Positions 30,608 to 40,774 of a stretch of 64,000 bases of DNA are shown one piece after another (the first letter of the stretch is position 1; every line of letters starts with the position of its first letter). Location: NCBI GenBank assembly GCA_048882045.1, contig JBHLRZ010000007.1:49935-113934 (forward strand), written 5' to 3'. A program made the translations under genes and the position numbers. Source of the DNA: Candidatus Thorarchaeota archaeon. Its GTDB lineage: Archaea; Asgardarchaeota; Thorarchaeia; Thorarchaeales; Thorarchaeaceae. The notes under the pieces are model-generated. The model was not told the DNA's origin. It saw only the letters and a list, made by a program, of their open reading frames with translations, and did not search any database.

Positions 30608-33600
30608 GTGTACAAGCACTACGAGTCTTCCGACAAGATATTCGTAGATAGAGAAGAGTACATTGAATGGATGGACAATGCGCTCAAGAGATGCAAAGAT
30701 AAGAGTGTCGTGATGCATCTTCATGGCATTGGAGGAATTGGCAAAAGCTCGTTGTTAGACTATTGGACAAGCACAATCGAGTCCACAATAAGACTGGACT
30801 GCGAGCAGTATTCTGATTTCTACGACAGACTCAATGTCCTCGCTAAGGGTGCAGTCTATCTCGGAGTCAAGTTGGAGCGGTTTGATGTCTTATGGCAAAT
30901 ACGCCAGCGTTTTGTGGAAGGAGTGGAACCTGTACGGGAGGAGGGTCGAGAGTGGGCTAAGGAGGTGGTAATGGCTATTCCTTTCATAGGGTCTCTCGCA
31001 AGTATTGGATCTGCAATCAGTGCAGTGGGAACCAAAGTTACACCGAAGTTGAAAGGTAAATATGGGACAGTGGGTAAATGGTTACAAGAAACACTTGGTA
31101 AGAATCATATCGAACAGCTTCTTCAGATTCTTTGGAAAGATCCTCGACGTGCTGAGTTCTTGTATTTGGATGCGCTCCTCGAGGATATCAATAACAGAAA
31201 GAACTCAGACCAAGCGATTCTTTTCTTGATGGACCATTTCGAATATGTTGACAGTGAAAAGCATCGGTGGCGATATGGCGGTAAAAACATTACAGAAAAT
31301 GAGCTCTGGCGTGTCTTTCTGTGTTCTCTCTCCAACTGCGTGGGAATTATGGCCAGCAGGAAAGGTGTCGATGGTCATGCAAAGCAGGAAGTTGAGGAGT
31401 CCGAGCTCTTAGAACTTGATAGGGATAGCTGCATTGAACTCATGAATCTGAATGAGATTACAGATTCCGAGCTCCAAGAAGAAATTGTGAGTGTGAGTGG
31501 AGGCAATCCATTCGTCATTGGGACACTATGCGACATGGCTGAATCTGGTTCACTTACTCCTGAATCTGTCGAGAGTTTCCGTTCAGATACACTTGAAGGT
31601 GTTCGATTGAAGACATGGAGGAGACTGTTCAATCATGTTCAAGATCTTCAAGAGCTAGTAAATAGAGCAGGTTTACTCCCATATTTCAACCGAAATGTCA
31701 TGAATACTATAGCTCCGACCATGAATACAGATCAATGGTCAAGAATGCTAAATCTCAGCTATATCAAGGATAGAGGTGACGGGAATCATGTAATGCACGA
31801 GCTAGCTAGAAACCTCGTGGTTGCAGAGCTTGGTGACCGGTTTCACAAATTAGCAAACGAAGTCGCTGAACTCCTTGAGAAGGATGCTGAAGAGCAAGAG
31901 GACATGAAACTACTTGGGCTTTCTATTTCCGTGAAAGGTCTCGATTCTCCTGAATCAGCCTTACAGAGTCTAATTGATATTACTGACAAACATAGTTGGA
32001 GGGGGCAATTTCGATCAGCCGTAGAATTACTTGACTCAGTTAGTTTTGCCAATCTGAAGGATCAAACAATCGTTTCTTTGATGAAGACTCACCACCTTAA
32101 TGGTCTGGATAGAATTGCAGAGGCGGAACATCTGTTAAAAGAAGCGATTGTTGTGTTAGAGACGCTTGTAGAGCAAGACCCGAAAAACAACAGGATCTAT
32201 CTAGTTCAATATTATAGAGCTTATGGTTGGTTGTTACAAAGGCTTGGACAGCCAGTTGAAGCTGAAGCAATGTATGAAAAAGCCCTTGAAATAGCAAAAG
32301 AAACAGATACCTTGAGTCTATGGAAAAATACCTATGCCTTCAGCATATTCTCATTTTATAGTGTATTCTTAATGGACTTGTATCGATTGAATAAAGCAGC
32401 AGAGCTCTTACAAATGGCTCTGAGAATAATAGAGCAAGTGAAGGTTCCGGTAGAAGACCAGAATTACCGTGTGTTTCATCTGAATTTTCTTGGTATGACA
32501 TTTCTGAAGTCGGGAAGACTGGATGAGGCTGAAACGGTCTTTAGGGATATGCTTGATATCAAAACTATAGATGTTAATCTGTTGAATAGTACTAATGGTC
32601 TTGGAGAGATTTTGAAACGGACCTCAAGACTTCTTGAAGCCGAAGAGGTCTATCGTCAAGGTTTGGAAACAACTCGGAGATTGTCAAATCAAGAAGAAGA
32701 TAGTGCGTTTCTCAAAAATTTTGTGTCAGGATATCTCAGACTTAATGCAGTGATATTTAGATTCAATGGTAAATACATAGATGCAGAAAAGAAATACAAA
32801 GAATCTTTACAAATAGCTAGAGAATGTGTTTCTAAACAACCTGAGCTCTATCTATTTCCTCTCTCTTTGGTGCTTAATGATTTTGGAGTTTTTTGTTATG
32901 AGATGGGTCAATACTCCAAAGCAAAAGAATTCTATGAGGAGGCTATAGAGAACTACGAACAACTAGCACAAGATTGGCCTGATCGCAACGAGAAGTATCT
33001 AGCTATGGTATTGAATAATCATTCAATCCTCCTACGTGAAACTGGTAAGTCGAGTGAAGCTCGCAAATCCTATCGTAGAGCAATTGGTATCACTCGAGAA
33101 CTGGTTCGGAAATACCCAGAACCTATATTCCATTCATTGCTCCTGGGAAATCTATTGAACAATCTAGGAGTCTTACATAGGAGAATGAATGAAAATATCG
33201 AAGCAGAAGAAGCCCTACGTGAGGCTCTTGAAGTTCGAGAAATCTTGACTGAGAAGTCTCCTGATGCTTTTCTCAATAGTGTTGCTACAACCCTCAATAA
33301 TCTTGGAGTTGTACTATCTGTAACGAAAAGGTTGCCAGAGGCTAAGGAAATATCTGAAAGAGGATTAGAAATTCGGAGATCACTAGTCAAGAAATCACCA
33401 GAAATGCACAATTGTCGTTTGGGGTTTGCCCTGAACAATCTAGGTAACATCTACAAACTGTCTGATGGGCAATCGAAAGCCAAGAGCTGCTATGAAGAAG
33501 CTCTCGAAATCATGGAGATGTTGGTTGAGAGAAACCCTGAAGTGTATGAACGATATTTCAAGGTGATTCTATCCAACCTTATTCTCTATCATAGTCAACA

Positions 33601-33718
33601 AGAAGAAGATGAGAGTGTAGAAATCATTAGAAGAAGACTTGATGAGCTCGGAACCAGAGAGGCCCATAAGCAAGAAATATGGCTAGATGAAGAGGACACT
33701 GAAGCAGATCCATTCTAA
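30608..33718 (+). CDS. STAND-like P-loop NTPase with C-terminal TPR array (paralog 1)
   Basis: FVDRE, Walker A GIGGIGKS, Walker B LFLMDHFE, sensor MASR, GGNPF (GxP), MHELAR winged helix, many LNNLG TPRs. Confidence 0.88.
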   Translation: MYKHYESSDKIFVDREEYIEWMDNALKRCKDKSVVMHLHGIGGIGKSSLLDYWTSTIESTIRLDCEQYSDFYDRLNVLAKGAVYLGVKLERFDVLWQIRQRFVEGVEPVREEGREWAKEVVMAIPFIGSLASIGSAISAVGTKVTPKLKGKYGTVGKWLQETLGKNHIEQLLQILWKDPRRAEFLYLDALLEDINNRKNSDQAILFLMDHFEYVDSEKHRWRYGGKNITENELWRVFLCSLSNCVGIMASRKGVDGHAKQEVEESELLELDRDSCIELMNLNEITDSELQEEIVSVSGGNPFVIGTLCDMAESGSLTPESVESFRSDTLEGVRLKTWRRLFNHVQDLQELVNRAGLLPYFNRNVMNTIAPTMNTDQWSRMLNLSYIKDRGDGNHVMHELARNLVVAELGDRFHKLANEVAELLEKDAEEQEDMKLLGLSISVKGLDSPESALQSLIDITDKHSWRGQFRSAVELLDSVSFANLKDQTIVSLMKTHHLNGLDRIAEAEHLLKEAIVVLETLVEQDPKNNRIYLVQYYRAYGWLLQRLGQPVEAEAMYEKALEIAKETDTLSLWKNTYAFSIFSFYSVFLMDLYRLNKAAELLQMALRIIEQVKVPVEDQNYRVFHLNFLGMTFLKSGRLDEAETVFRDMLDIKTIDVNLLNSTNGLGEILKRTSRLLEAEEVYRQGLETTRRLSNQEEDSAFLKNFVSGYLRLNAVIFRFNGKYIDAEKKYKESLQIARECVSKQPELYLFPLSLVLNDFGVFCYEMGQYSKAKEFYEEAIENYEQLAQDWPDRNEKYLAMVLNNHSILLRETGKSSEARKSYRRAIGITRELVRKYPEPIFHSLLLGNLLNNLGVLHRRMNENIEAEEALREALEVREILTEKSPDAFLNSVATTLNNLGVVLSVTKRLPEAKEISERGLEIRRSLVKKSPEMHNCRLGFALNNLGNIYKLSDGQSKAKSCYEEALEIMEMLVERNPEVYERYFKVILSNLILYHSQQEEDESVEIIRRRLDELGTREAHKQEIWLDEEDTEADPF

Positions 33719-33785
33719 ATAGGCTGACCGACTAGCTTATCTGTTGCAATCACCATGGCTCACCACTGCGTGTGAGGTCAGGAGT

Positions 33786-36700
33786 GTGTACAAGCACTAC
33801 GAAACATCCGACGATGTGTTCGTGGACAGAGAGGAATACATCGAGTGGATGGACAAAGCACTTGTCGACTGCAAGAAGAAGAGCGTAGTGCTGCATCTCA
33901 AGGGGATTGGTGGGATAGGAAAGAGCTCACTCATAAAGCAATGGATAAAAACCATGGAAAAGACAGTGCGTGTCGACTGTGAGCAATACTCAACGTTCTA
34001 CAATCGACTCAACATAATAGCAAAGGGTGCAGTCCTGCATGGAGTGAACCTGCAGAGGTTTGATGTGCTCTGGCAGATTCGTCAACGCTTCGTGGAAGGA
34101 GTTGAACCTGTAAAAGAGGAGGGTCGGGAGTGGGCGAAGGACATTGTGATGGCTATCCCTTTCATTGGCTCTCTAGCAACCATTGGTACAGCGATTTCTG
34201 CAGTTGGTTCGAAAGTGACTCCGAAACTCAAGGGCAGATACAGCATAGTAGGGAAGTGGTTGCAAGAGAGACTGGGGAAGAACCACATCGAACGTCTCCT
34301 TGAAGTCCTCTGGAAGGAACCTCATCACGCAGAATTCCTCTACCTTGATGCACTCCTTGAAGACATAAACAACAGGAAGGATGAAACACCGATTGTGTTT
34401 CTCATGGATCATTTTGAGTATGTTGACAGTGACACTGCGCATTGGCGATATCAGGGCAGTAAGATTAACGAGGTGGAACTATGGTCAATTTTCCTCTGTT
34501 CACTGAAGAACTGTGTCAGTGTAATGGCTGGTAGAAAACCTCCTTTCAAACGGGAGGATTTAGAGTTTGAAGAGAACGAATTGACTGAACTGGACTGTGA
34601 AAGCTGCGAAGAGATGCTAGACTTGCAGGGTGTCACTGACAAGAAACTCCAAGAGAAGATAATTAGCGTAGCTGGAGGAAATCCCTTCGTAATTGATGCT
34701 ATCTGCGATATGAGAAATGCGGGTACAATTGTTCTTGATGATATAGAGAGTCTTCGTGCGGACACTCTCGAGGAAGTCAGACTGAAGACCTGGCGAAGGC
34801 TCTTCAATATGGTCGGAGACCTTCAAGACATAATCAATCGAGCGGGGTTATTGAAATTCTTCAATCGCAACCTGATGAACATCATCGCACCACCAATGAC
34901 ATCAGATATGTGGGATAGATTGTTGCGATTGAGCTTTGTCAATAAGAGAGATGATGGAACATGGGTACTTCATGATCTCGCCCAGGAACTAATTCTTGCA
35001 GAGTTAGGGCCACGAGTTAAGAATTTGACCAACGAGGTTTCTCAGTTACTCGAGAAGAGTGCCCATGAAGATGACGATATCTCGCTCCTAGGACACGCTC
35101 TTTCAGTGGAAGCATTATCCTCTGAAGAAGATGCAATTGCAAAAACAAAGACGTTGATATATCGCCTTCTCTGGAGAGATTCCACAAAAAAAGCTATTCA
35201 GATTTTGAGCAACATTGTGTTTAGAACAGTGCATGGGAGGGCTGAACAAAAAGGACTGCTTGGGTGGGCTTATGATGGGATAACAAGATATGCAGAAGGT
35301 GAAGCTGAACTTAGGGATGCAATTGCTGTGTTTGAAGATTGGGCTATGAAGGATTTTGATAAATATGGGTCGAGTTTGGGTTTGTATCTATCAAGATTGG
35401 GATACATAATGATATGGACTCAAAAACCTGACGAAGCAAACAAGTATCTAACACGTGCGGTGGAGATTCGGAGAAGATTAGCAGAGAGGGATCCTGAAGA
35501 ACATTCTGAAGCTCTTGCGGAGTCGCTTACAATGTATGGATTTGTACTTGCCAATTCATTCGGTCAATTAGAGGAAGCTTATGCATTAGTCAAAGAGGCC
35601 GTTGATATTTTCAGGAAATTCGATACGTACAAGCGGTTGGGTTGGGCATTGAATATCCTCGGTGCAACACAGACAGTTCCAAACGGAACAGTAGATTATC
35701 AACGGGCACTTGAAGTACAACGAGAATTATCCTCTAGTGATCCTGAAAACTTGTTCCTGAATGCTATTCACGCTTCAATATGTCACAACTTATCACGTGC
35801 ACTATATCTTGAAGGAAGAATATCTGAGGCAGAAGAAATTCACAATGAAGGGATTGCAATAAGGAGAGAACTAAGCGCTCTTAATCCTGATGCATATGAA
35901 TGGCGTTTGGCATTGGCACTAGATAATTATGGAGAGTTTCTATGGCGAACACGTCAGCTCAGCAAGGCAGGTAGATGGATTGATGAATGTCTGCAAATTT
36001 CTGAAAAGTTAATGGAGAAAGAACCAGATGCATGGATGTTCAGGATGATTGACATCTTAATTGACAAGGCATGTATACTCACAATCTTCGGAAGAATTTC
36101 GGAAGCTGAGTCTATAATTAATAGAGCAATTAGTTTGGGAAGGGAATATGTTAACCAAACTGGGAACTCTTTTTCAGCAAGAAGGCTCCTATCAACATGT
36201 TTAACTCTAACTTCACCATTTTACGCAAAAACCTTCAGAATGATAGAAGCAGAAAATAATCTAAATGAGGCAATAGAAATCCGAAGAGAGTACAAAGATC
36301 GATTTTTCCCGGAGGAGTACCTACTTGGTCTTGCCCTGAATAATGGTGGTGCTCAGTATCTTGTGATGGGTAACGAGTTTGAAGCAAGGACATCTCTTGA
36401 TGAAGCAACTGACTTACTAGAGAAACAGAAAGATAAATTCATGTTAATGTCACATAATTCGTTCGCAATTTCTCTTTCTAATCTAGCTATCCTTTGCAAG
36501 AGAGAAGGACAAATGCAAAAAGCATGTGAACTCTTTGAGAAATCATTGAGTCTCTTTGAGGAAATAGTGCAGAAGATACCTATCAGATATCAATACGATA
36601 ATACTGTCGTGCTCAATAACTTCTCAATCCTTCTCAAGGAATTGGACCGTCCTAAGGTTGCTGAATCACATCTATCAAAGGCAATTGAAATCCAAAGACA

Positions 36701-37175
36701 TTTTATCAAGATTGAACCTCAATACTTTGAACCTATACTCGCGTTATCGCTTAACAACTTGGGTATCCTGTATTCAGAAATGAACAGACTATCTCAAGCA
36801 GAAGAATCACTAAAGGAAGCAATTAAGATTAGAAGAAAACTCAGCAAGCAGACACCTGAGATGTACCAAGTTGGATTAGCCTCATCACTTCATAACTATG
36901 GAGTTCTCCAAAAGAAGGTCGGGAAGTCACAAGAAGCTAAGCAATCACTTAGGGAATCGCTTGAGATTTGGGAACAGCTGGTGACAAAGATCCCTGAAGT
37001 AATTAACCCTAGGATTGCCAGAACACTTCATCATTTACGGAGATCTTTGTTGGAAAAGGAATCCCAAAAGGATGAAGTAGAAGAACTCAAACTGCGTATC
37101 TCAACACTGAATTTCGATTTCTCGGAAGACGAAGACCTATGGATTGAGGAAGAAGAGCCGCTATATATCTGGTAG
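33786..37175 (+). CDS. STAND-like P-loop NTPase with C-terminal TPR array (paralog 2)
   Basis: Same motifs (GIGGIGKS, VFLMDHFE, GGNPF, LHDLA); GTG start at 33786 by alignment with paralog 1. Confidence 0.88.
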   Translation: MYKHYETSDDVFVDREEYIEWMDKALVDCKKKSVVLHLKGIGGIGKSSLIKQWIKTMEKTVRVDCEQYSTFYNRLNIIAKGAVLHGVNLQRFDVLWQIRQRFVEGVEPVKEEGREWAKDIVMAIPFIGSLATIGTAISAVGSKVTPKLKGRYSIVGKWLQERLGKNHIERLLEVLWKEPHHAEFLYLDALLEDINNRKDETPIVFLMDHFEYVDSDTAHWRYQGSKINEVELWSIFLCSLKNCVSVMAGRKPPFKREDLEFEENELTELDCESCEEMLDLQGVTDKKLQEKIISVAGGNPFVIDAICDMRNAGTIVLDDIESLRADTLEEVRLKTWRRLFNMVGDLQDIINRAGLLKFFNRNLMNIIAPPMTSDMWDRLLRLSFVNKRDDGTWVLHDLAQELILAELGPRVKNLTNEVSQLLEKSAHEDDDISLLGHALSVEALSSEEDAIAKTKTLIYRLLWRDSTKKAIQILSNIVFRTVHGRAEQKGLLGWAYDGITRYAEGEAELRDAIAVFEDWAMKDFDKYGSSLGLYLSRLGYIMIWTQKPDEANKYLTRAVEIRRRLAERDPEEHSEALAESLTMYGFVLANSFGQLEEAYALVKEAVDIFRKFDTYKRLGWALNILGATQTVPNGTVDYQRALEVQRELSSSDPENLFLNAIHASICHNLSRALYLEGRISEAEEIHNEGIAIRRELSALNPDAYEWRLALALDNYGEFLWRTRQLSKAGRWIDECLQISEKLMEKEPDAWMFRMIDILIDKACILTIFGRISEAESIINRAISLGREYVNQTGNSFSARRLLSTCLTLTSPFYAKTFRMIEAENNLNEAIEIRREYKDRFFPEEYLLGLALNNGGAQYLVMGNEFEARTSLDEATDLLEKQKDKFMLMSHNSFAISLSNLAILCKREGQMQKACELFEKSLSLFEEIVQKIPIRYQYDNTVVLNNFSILLKELDRPKVAESHLSKAIEIQRHFIKIEPQYFEPILALSLNNLGILYSEMNRLSQAEESLKEAIKIRRKLSKQTPEMYQVGLASSLHNYGVLQKKVGKSQEAKQSLRESLEIWEQLVTKIPEVINPRIARTLHHLRRSLLEKESQKDEVEELKLRISTLNFDFSEDEDLWIEEEEPLYIW

Positions 37176-37335
37176 TTCTGTCAATCTTTTCTTATTCTCA
37201 AGGAGTTGGATGCTGAAAGTCTCGCCTTGGAAGAGATCAGGTTTGAAGATGATGAGGATTTCTAGACAATCAAAGTAAATCTCTTGCACACTAATTCTGT
37301 TGGTGGCCTGGGTCATCAATTCTTGGAGTCTATGC

Positions 37336-38034
37336 TCACCATAATCTTACCCTGAGATGCGCTCTCTCATTTGCGGGCCTCTCGCGTGCCTCCTTGACTT
37401 CAGGATTTTCGAGCGCGTTGTCCATTGTGAGCTTGAGATCATCTTTCGATACATCGAGGACAATCTTGCCCCTGATAGCAGTGATATGACCACTGGGCAA
37501 CAGAATGTCGACATCAGACTTCAGACCGACATCCTCGAGTGTTTCTTCTATGATACCGCCACCCACGATAAGACAGGCGGTACCATCAATATCAAACTCC
37601 ACATCTACAGCTCGACCGACCTTGACATCATCCTTATCGAAAATGTCCATCTTTGTCAAGTTCGACCATCGGATTTCGTCCAATTCAAAAGCTCCCTCAT
37701 CAAGTGTAGTCTTCAGAGAGTTAACATTTGCATTCAACCGAATTGTGTCGCCCAGAATTTCTATGAGGGACGCATCCAGAACTGGGTCCTTGTCGGGTTT
37801 GGCCTTTATAGTTTCAAGCAACTCCTCCCATCTCGAACCGCCAAGTATGAACTGAGAAAGCCTGAGTGCTCCATCGAATTTGAAGGTCAGGTCGTTGATC
37901 TTCCCAACCCTCTCGCCATCAGAGTCTACTACATCGGACTCTCTCAATCGTTTGCAGTTCATTGGTTTCTTAACATCCACGGAAATCACACCAACTGTGG
38001 TGGTGTTCTGAGTCCAAATTAAACCCTTCGGCAA
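37336..38034 (-). CDS. Tandem PRC-barrel domain protein
   Basis: Two copies of (V/I)xD(S/K)D(G/D)xxVGxxxDxxFxxDG...(I/V)GG; real start probably near 37962-37980. Confidence 0.8.
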   Translation of the reverse strand: MPKGLIWTQNTTTVGVISVDVKKPMNCKRLRESDVVDSDGERVGKINDLTFKFDGALRLSQFILGGSRWEELLETIKAKPDKDPVLDASLIEILGDTIRLNANVNSLKTTLDEGAFELDEIRWSNLTKMDIFDKDDVKVGRAVDVEFDIDGTACLIVGGGIIEETLEDVGLKSDVDILLPSGHITAIRGKIVLDVSKDDLKLTMDNALENPEVKEARERPANERAHLRVRLW

Positions 38035-38154
38035 ATGTAAAGAAAAGAGAATGAGGTCTAAGTATTCGATGGTAACTATCGATTAATTATTGCGCTGAAC
38101 AAAGAGCTATATAATCAAAGTTTCATCTATTTATCAACGCGTGGTGATATTACA

Positions 38155-38508
38155 GTGGAAAAGATACAGCATTCCAAAGCTACTCCGGAACAACTGAAGT
38201 ATGTCATGGTACCAAAGCCCCTCCTCAACCGCTTCATACTCTTTAGGGCAATCCGTTGTGCAGTGTGTATTGCACTAGCAGGATTGCTGCTTGTACCTCT
38301 CACTGTACTCCCGGGACTCATTCTATTAGTACTCCCTGCTGAAGTCGCAGTGGTATCCAAAATTCGCGATGAGACTGAACTGATTCAATGGGTCAGGTGC
38401 AATATGGTCTCAGGGGATTGTAACATTGATGATGCAGAGGCTGGGACTGAGATGGCCCGATTGATGGCTCATGACAGGCCAGGAGCCCTACAAGGTTATA
38501 CTCGTTAG
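38155..38508 (+). CDS. Small membrane protein (paralog A)
   Basis: Hydrophobic core PGLILLVLP; C-terminal EAGTEMARLMAHD similar to the next gene. Confidence 0.6.
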   Translation: MEKIQHSKATPEQLKYVMVPKPLLNRFILFRAIRCAVCIALAGLLLVPLTVLPGLILLVLPAEVAVVSKIRDETELIQWVRCNMVSGDCNIDDAEAGTEMARLMAHDRPGALQGYTR

Positions 38509-38621
38509 ACTATGTTTTCAAAGCACGGGAGAACATATCTCCTGTGCTGATCTCATTTTGGGGCTCACCTAAGAATACCGAGTCCGTTCACTGATACAAT
38601 CGCAATGTCGTGCTGTTTCTG

Positions 38622-38701
38622 TCTAACGTTCGGCGCTGACCGAACACCTTAAATACATTCGAACGTTAGATATTAACGTAACGTTCCGGAATAACGGAAC
38701 G
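38622..38701. promoter_or_regulatory. Nested inverted repeats around a TATA-like box
   Basis: TCTAACGTTCG (38622) / CGAACGTTAGA (38660) flank cttaaata; GTTCGG-N6-CCGAAC; CGTTCCG-N6-CGGAACG. Confidence 0.55.
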
Positions 38702-38728
38702 ATATTCGGTATTCGCAAGGTGCAAACA

Positions 38729-39082
38729 ATGCTAAAACCAGGATTTGAAACGGACACGGAAGTAAGAATACACCCAGCAGCTATAGAGCCAGTATTTTCA
38801 CTCGACAGAGTGATAGCAGGTAGAACTGCACGCCTACTGGCGGCGCTCGGAGGAACAAGTGTGCTTGTGTATCTGGGCGTCTTGGTACCGGGTCTGTTCT
38901 TTCTATTCCTTCCCTTGACTGTGGCATCACTCGGAAAGGTGTACGATGAGGCTCGCATTATCAAATTTCTCAGATATGGCGAGCCTCTAAAGCCAGGTCA
39001 GTGGGAGAAGGTCGAAACTTCAACTGAGAGTGCACGGATCAAGGCATTCGACATTCGTCATGCCCAGGAGTTCTCAAGGTGA
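38729..39082 (+). CDS. Small membrane protein (paralog B)
   Basis: PGLFFLFLP...GKVYDEARII...ETSTESARIKAFD aligns with paralog A. Confidence 0.6.
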   Translation: MLKPGFETDTEVRIHPAAIEPVFSLDRVIAGRTARLLAALGGTSVLVYLGVLVPGLFFLFLPLTVASLGKVYDEARIIKFLRYGEPLKPGQWEKVETSTESARIKAFDIRHAQEFSR

Positions 39083-39120
39083 GAATGAGTGTTTCTCTCT
39101 ATTGTATTGTCTATCTCCAC

Positions 39121-39151
39121 GGTGGCCTCACCCACTCCGAGTGGGGCCACC
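39121..39151 (+). terminator. GC-rich intergenic hairpin (terminator/attenuator candidate)
   Basis: GGTGGCCTCAC-N9-GTGGGGCCACC between genes, short T-run downstream. Confidence 0.5.
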
Positions 39152-39173
39152 CCCAATCTTTTGAGGTGAAATC

Positions 39174-40133
39174 ATGAGTTGGCCAAATAACTATCCCGAC
39201 ACACCAGACGAACAGCCAGAGAAGAAAGCCCCCTCGAGGCCGATGCAACCCGGAGGAATTCTGAAAGACTTTGCGGTCGGATTCAAACTTGCTGCAACGA
39301 ACTTTCTCTCGTACGCACTGGCTATGTTCGGTGTCATCTTTGTAACAATTGTACTTCTGATAATCATTCTGCTCTTCATATTCATACCACTGCTCATCAC
39401 CCTGGGTCTTCCATTCCTCATCAGCTTTGCCATCTATATTGAGGAAACATTCACAACCGCAACATCGCTGTCTCTGGTGACGTTGATCCTACTCCTAGTA
39501 CTACCAATACTAGGTCCATTCTTCGTAGCACTTGGATCACTCTTTGGAATGTCACGCGAGGTCGTTGAGAGTGATGGTACTTACGCAGAGTCAGTGTTCT
39601 CATGGTATAGGAAGAAAGGTCTTTCACTATTAGGTGGAGGAGCACTTCACTTCATAGTCACACTAGCTCCGTTCATAATTGCCTTCATTGGAATTACCTA
39701 CCCAACATGGAATCCTCCGAGTAACGAGGTGCTTCAATTGATCATTCCCCTGGGAGTCCTTTGGGTCTTCCTGATCAATGGCATGCTATCACTGACATTC
39801 CCCGCAATCATTGATGGATATTCGGTGGTCAGAGCAGCCGCACGCTCAGTGAGACTGACTGCTCAGTTTCCAGGAAGGGTACTGGGAGCATGGACGATTA
39901 TGTTCTTGATAGTCGGACTTCCAATCACATCGATAATTAGTGAACTGGCTTTCCTCTTCCCCTCATTCATTCCAGTACATTGGTTTGAACCATATGCAGG
40001 AGCTATAATTCTCCTCCTGATATTCTATGTGATCCCAGCCTTCTCAATTGTACTCACTAGGATCTACATGATACTAACAGCACGTGTGGATGCAACATAC
40101 ACTCTCGATGACTCAGGAGGCGATACTCTATGA
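39174..40133 (+). CDS. Multi-pass membrane protein, first gene of a 6-gene operon
   Basis: About 6-7 TM segments; ATGA overlap with the next gene. Confidence 0.7.
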   Translation: MSWPNNYPDTPDEQPEKKAPSRPMQPGGILKDFAVGFKLAATNFLSYALAMFGVIFVTIVLLIIILLFIFIPLLITLGLPFLISFAIYIEETFTTATSLSLVTLILLLVLPILGPFFVALGSLFGMSREVVESDGTYAESVFSWYRKKGLSLLGGGALHFIVTLAPFIIAFIGITYPTWNPPSNEVLQLIIPLGVLWVFLINGMLSLTFPAIIDGYSVVRAAARSVRLTAQFPGRVLGAWTIMFLIVGLPITSIISELAFLFPSFIPVHWFEPYAGAIILLLIFYVIPAFSIVLTRIYMILTARVDATYTLDDSGGDTL

Positions 40134-40774
40134 ATCCAAAAATATCAACTAAACCAATCAAGGAATTTGTGGTTGTCACAAATCCGAAAATCATCAAACT
40201 GCTATTAGATGACACAAGAAAGGAAATTGTGTTTACCTATCTTGTCATTCAACCAATGACAGTGAAGCAGCTGGCAGACGCGATGGGTAAGAAACCAGGT
40301 ACTGTGCTGCATCATGTGCAGAAACTGAAGAACGCCAAAGTCATTGAGCTAGTAGAAACTCGTGAAACTATAAGAGGTATCGTCGAGCGCTATTACAGAG
40401 CTGTTGCAAGAGAGTACAGACTCGGAATCAGTGAACGAATGAGCGCATATGAGGAGTCCCCAGTAATGAAGGACAGAGTGAGATCTGCTCTTCTCGCGAT
40501 GTCGACGTTAGGTGTACACATCCCTGAGAAAGACCTTGACCGGGCAGGAGTCTTGCTGAAAAAGATGTGGGACATCGAAGAACAGGTCTATCGAGCCTAC
40601 AATAATCCTGACAATCATGCCTATCAGAGCCTGCCTCCAGCTACTCGAGACGATGTTTCAGAGAGGATGTCACAATACCTACTCTCAAAGAATGCTACAT
40701 ATCAGGAAACTCTCAGAGAGTGGTACGAGATTCTTGGATATCATCTCAAGAAGCTCACAGTAGTCGAGGGGTAG
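40130..40774 (+). CDS. ArsR-like winged-helix regulator with C-terminal extension
   Basis: LLDDTRKEI...MTVKQLADAMG...TVLHHVQKL...VERYYRAVA. Confidence 0.85.
   Translation: MNPKISTKPIKEFVVVTNPKIIKLLLDDTRKEIVFTYLVIQPMTVKQLADAMGKKPGTVLHHVQKLKNAKVIELVETRETIRGIVERYYRAVAREYRLGISERMSAYEESPVMKDRVRSALLAMSTLGVHIPEKDLDRAGVLLKKMWDIEEQVYRAYNNPDNHAYQSLPPATRDDVSERMSQYLLSKNATYQETLREWYEILGYHLKKLTVVEG

Noticed and set aside
37357-38022. 221-aa plus-strand ORF
   Set aside because: Antisense shadow of the PRC-barrel gene, no motifs
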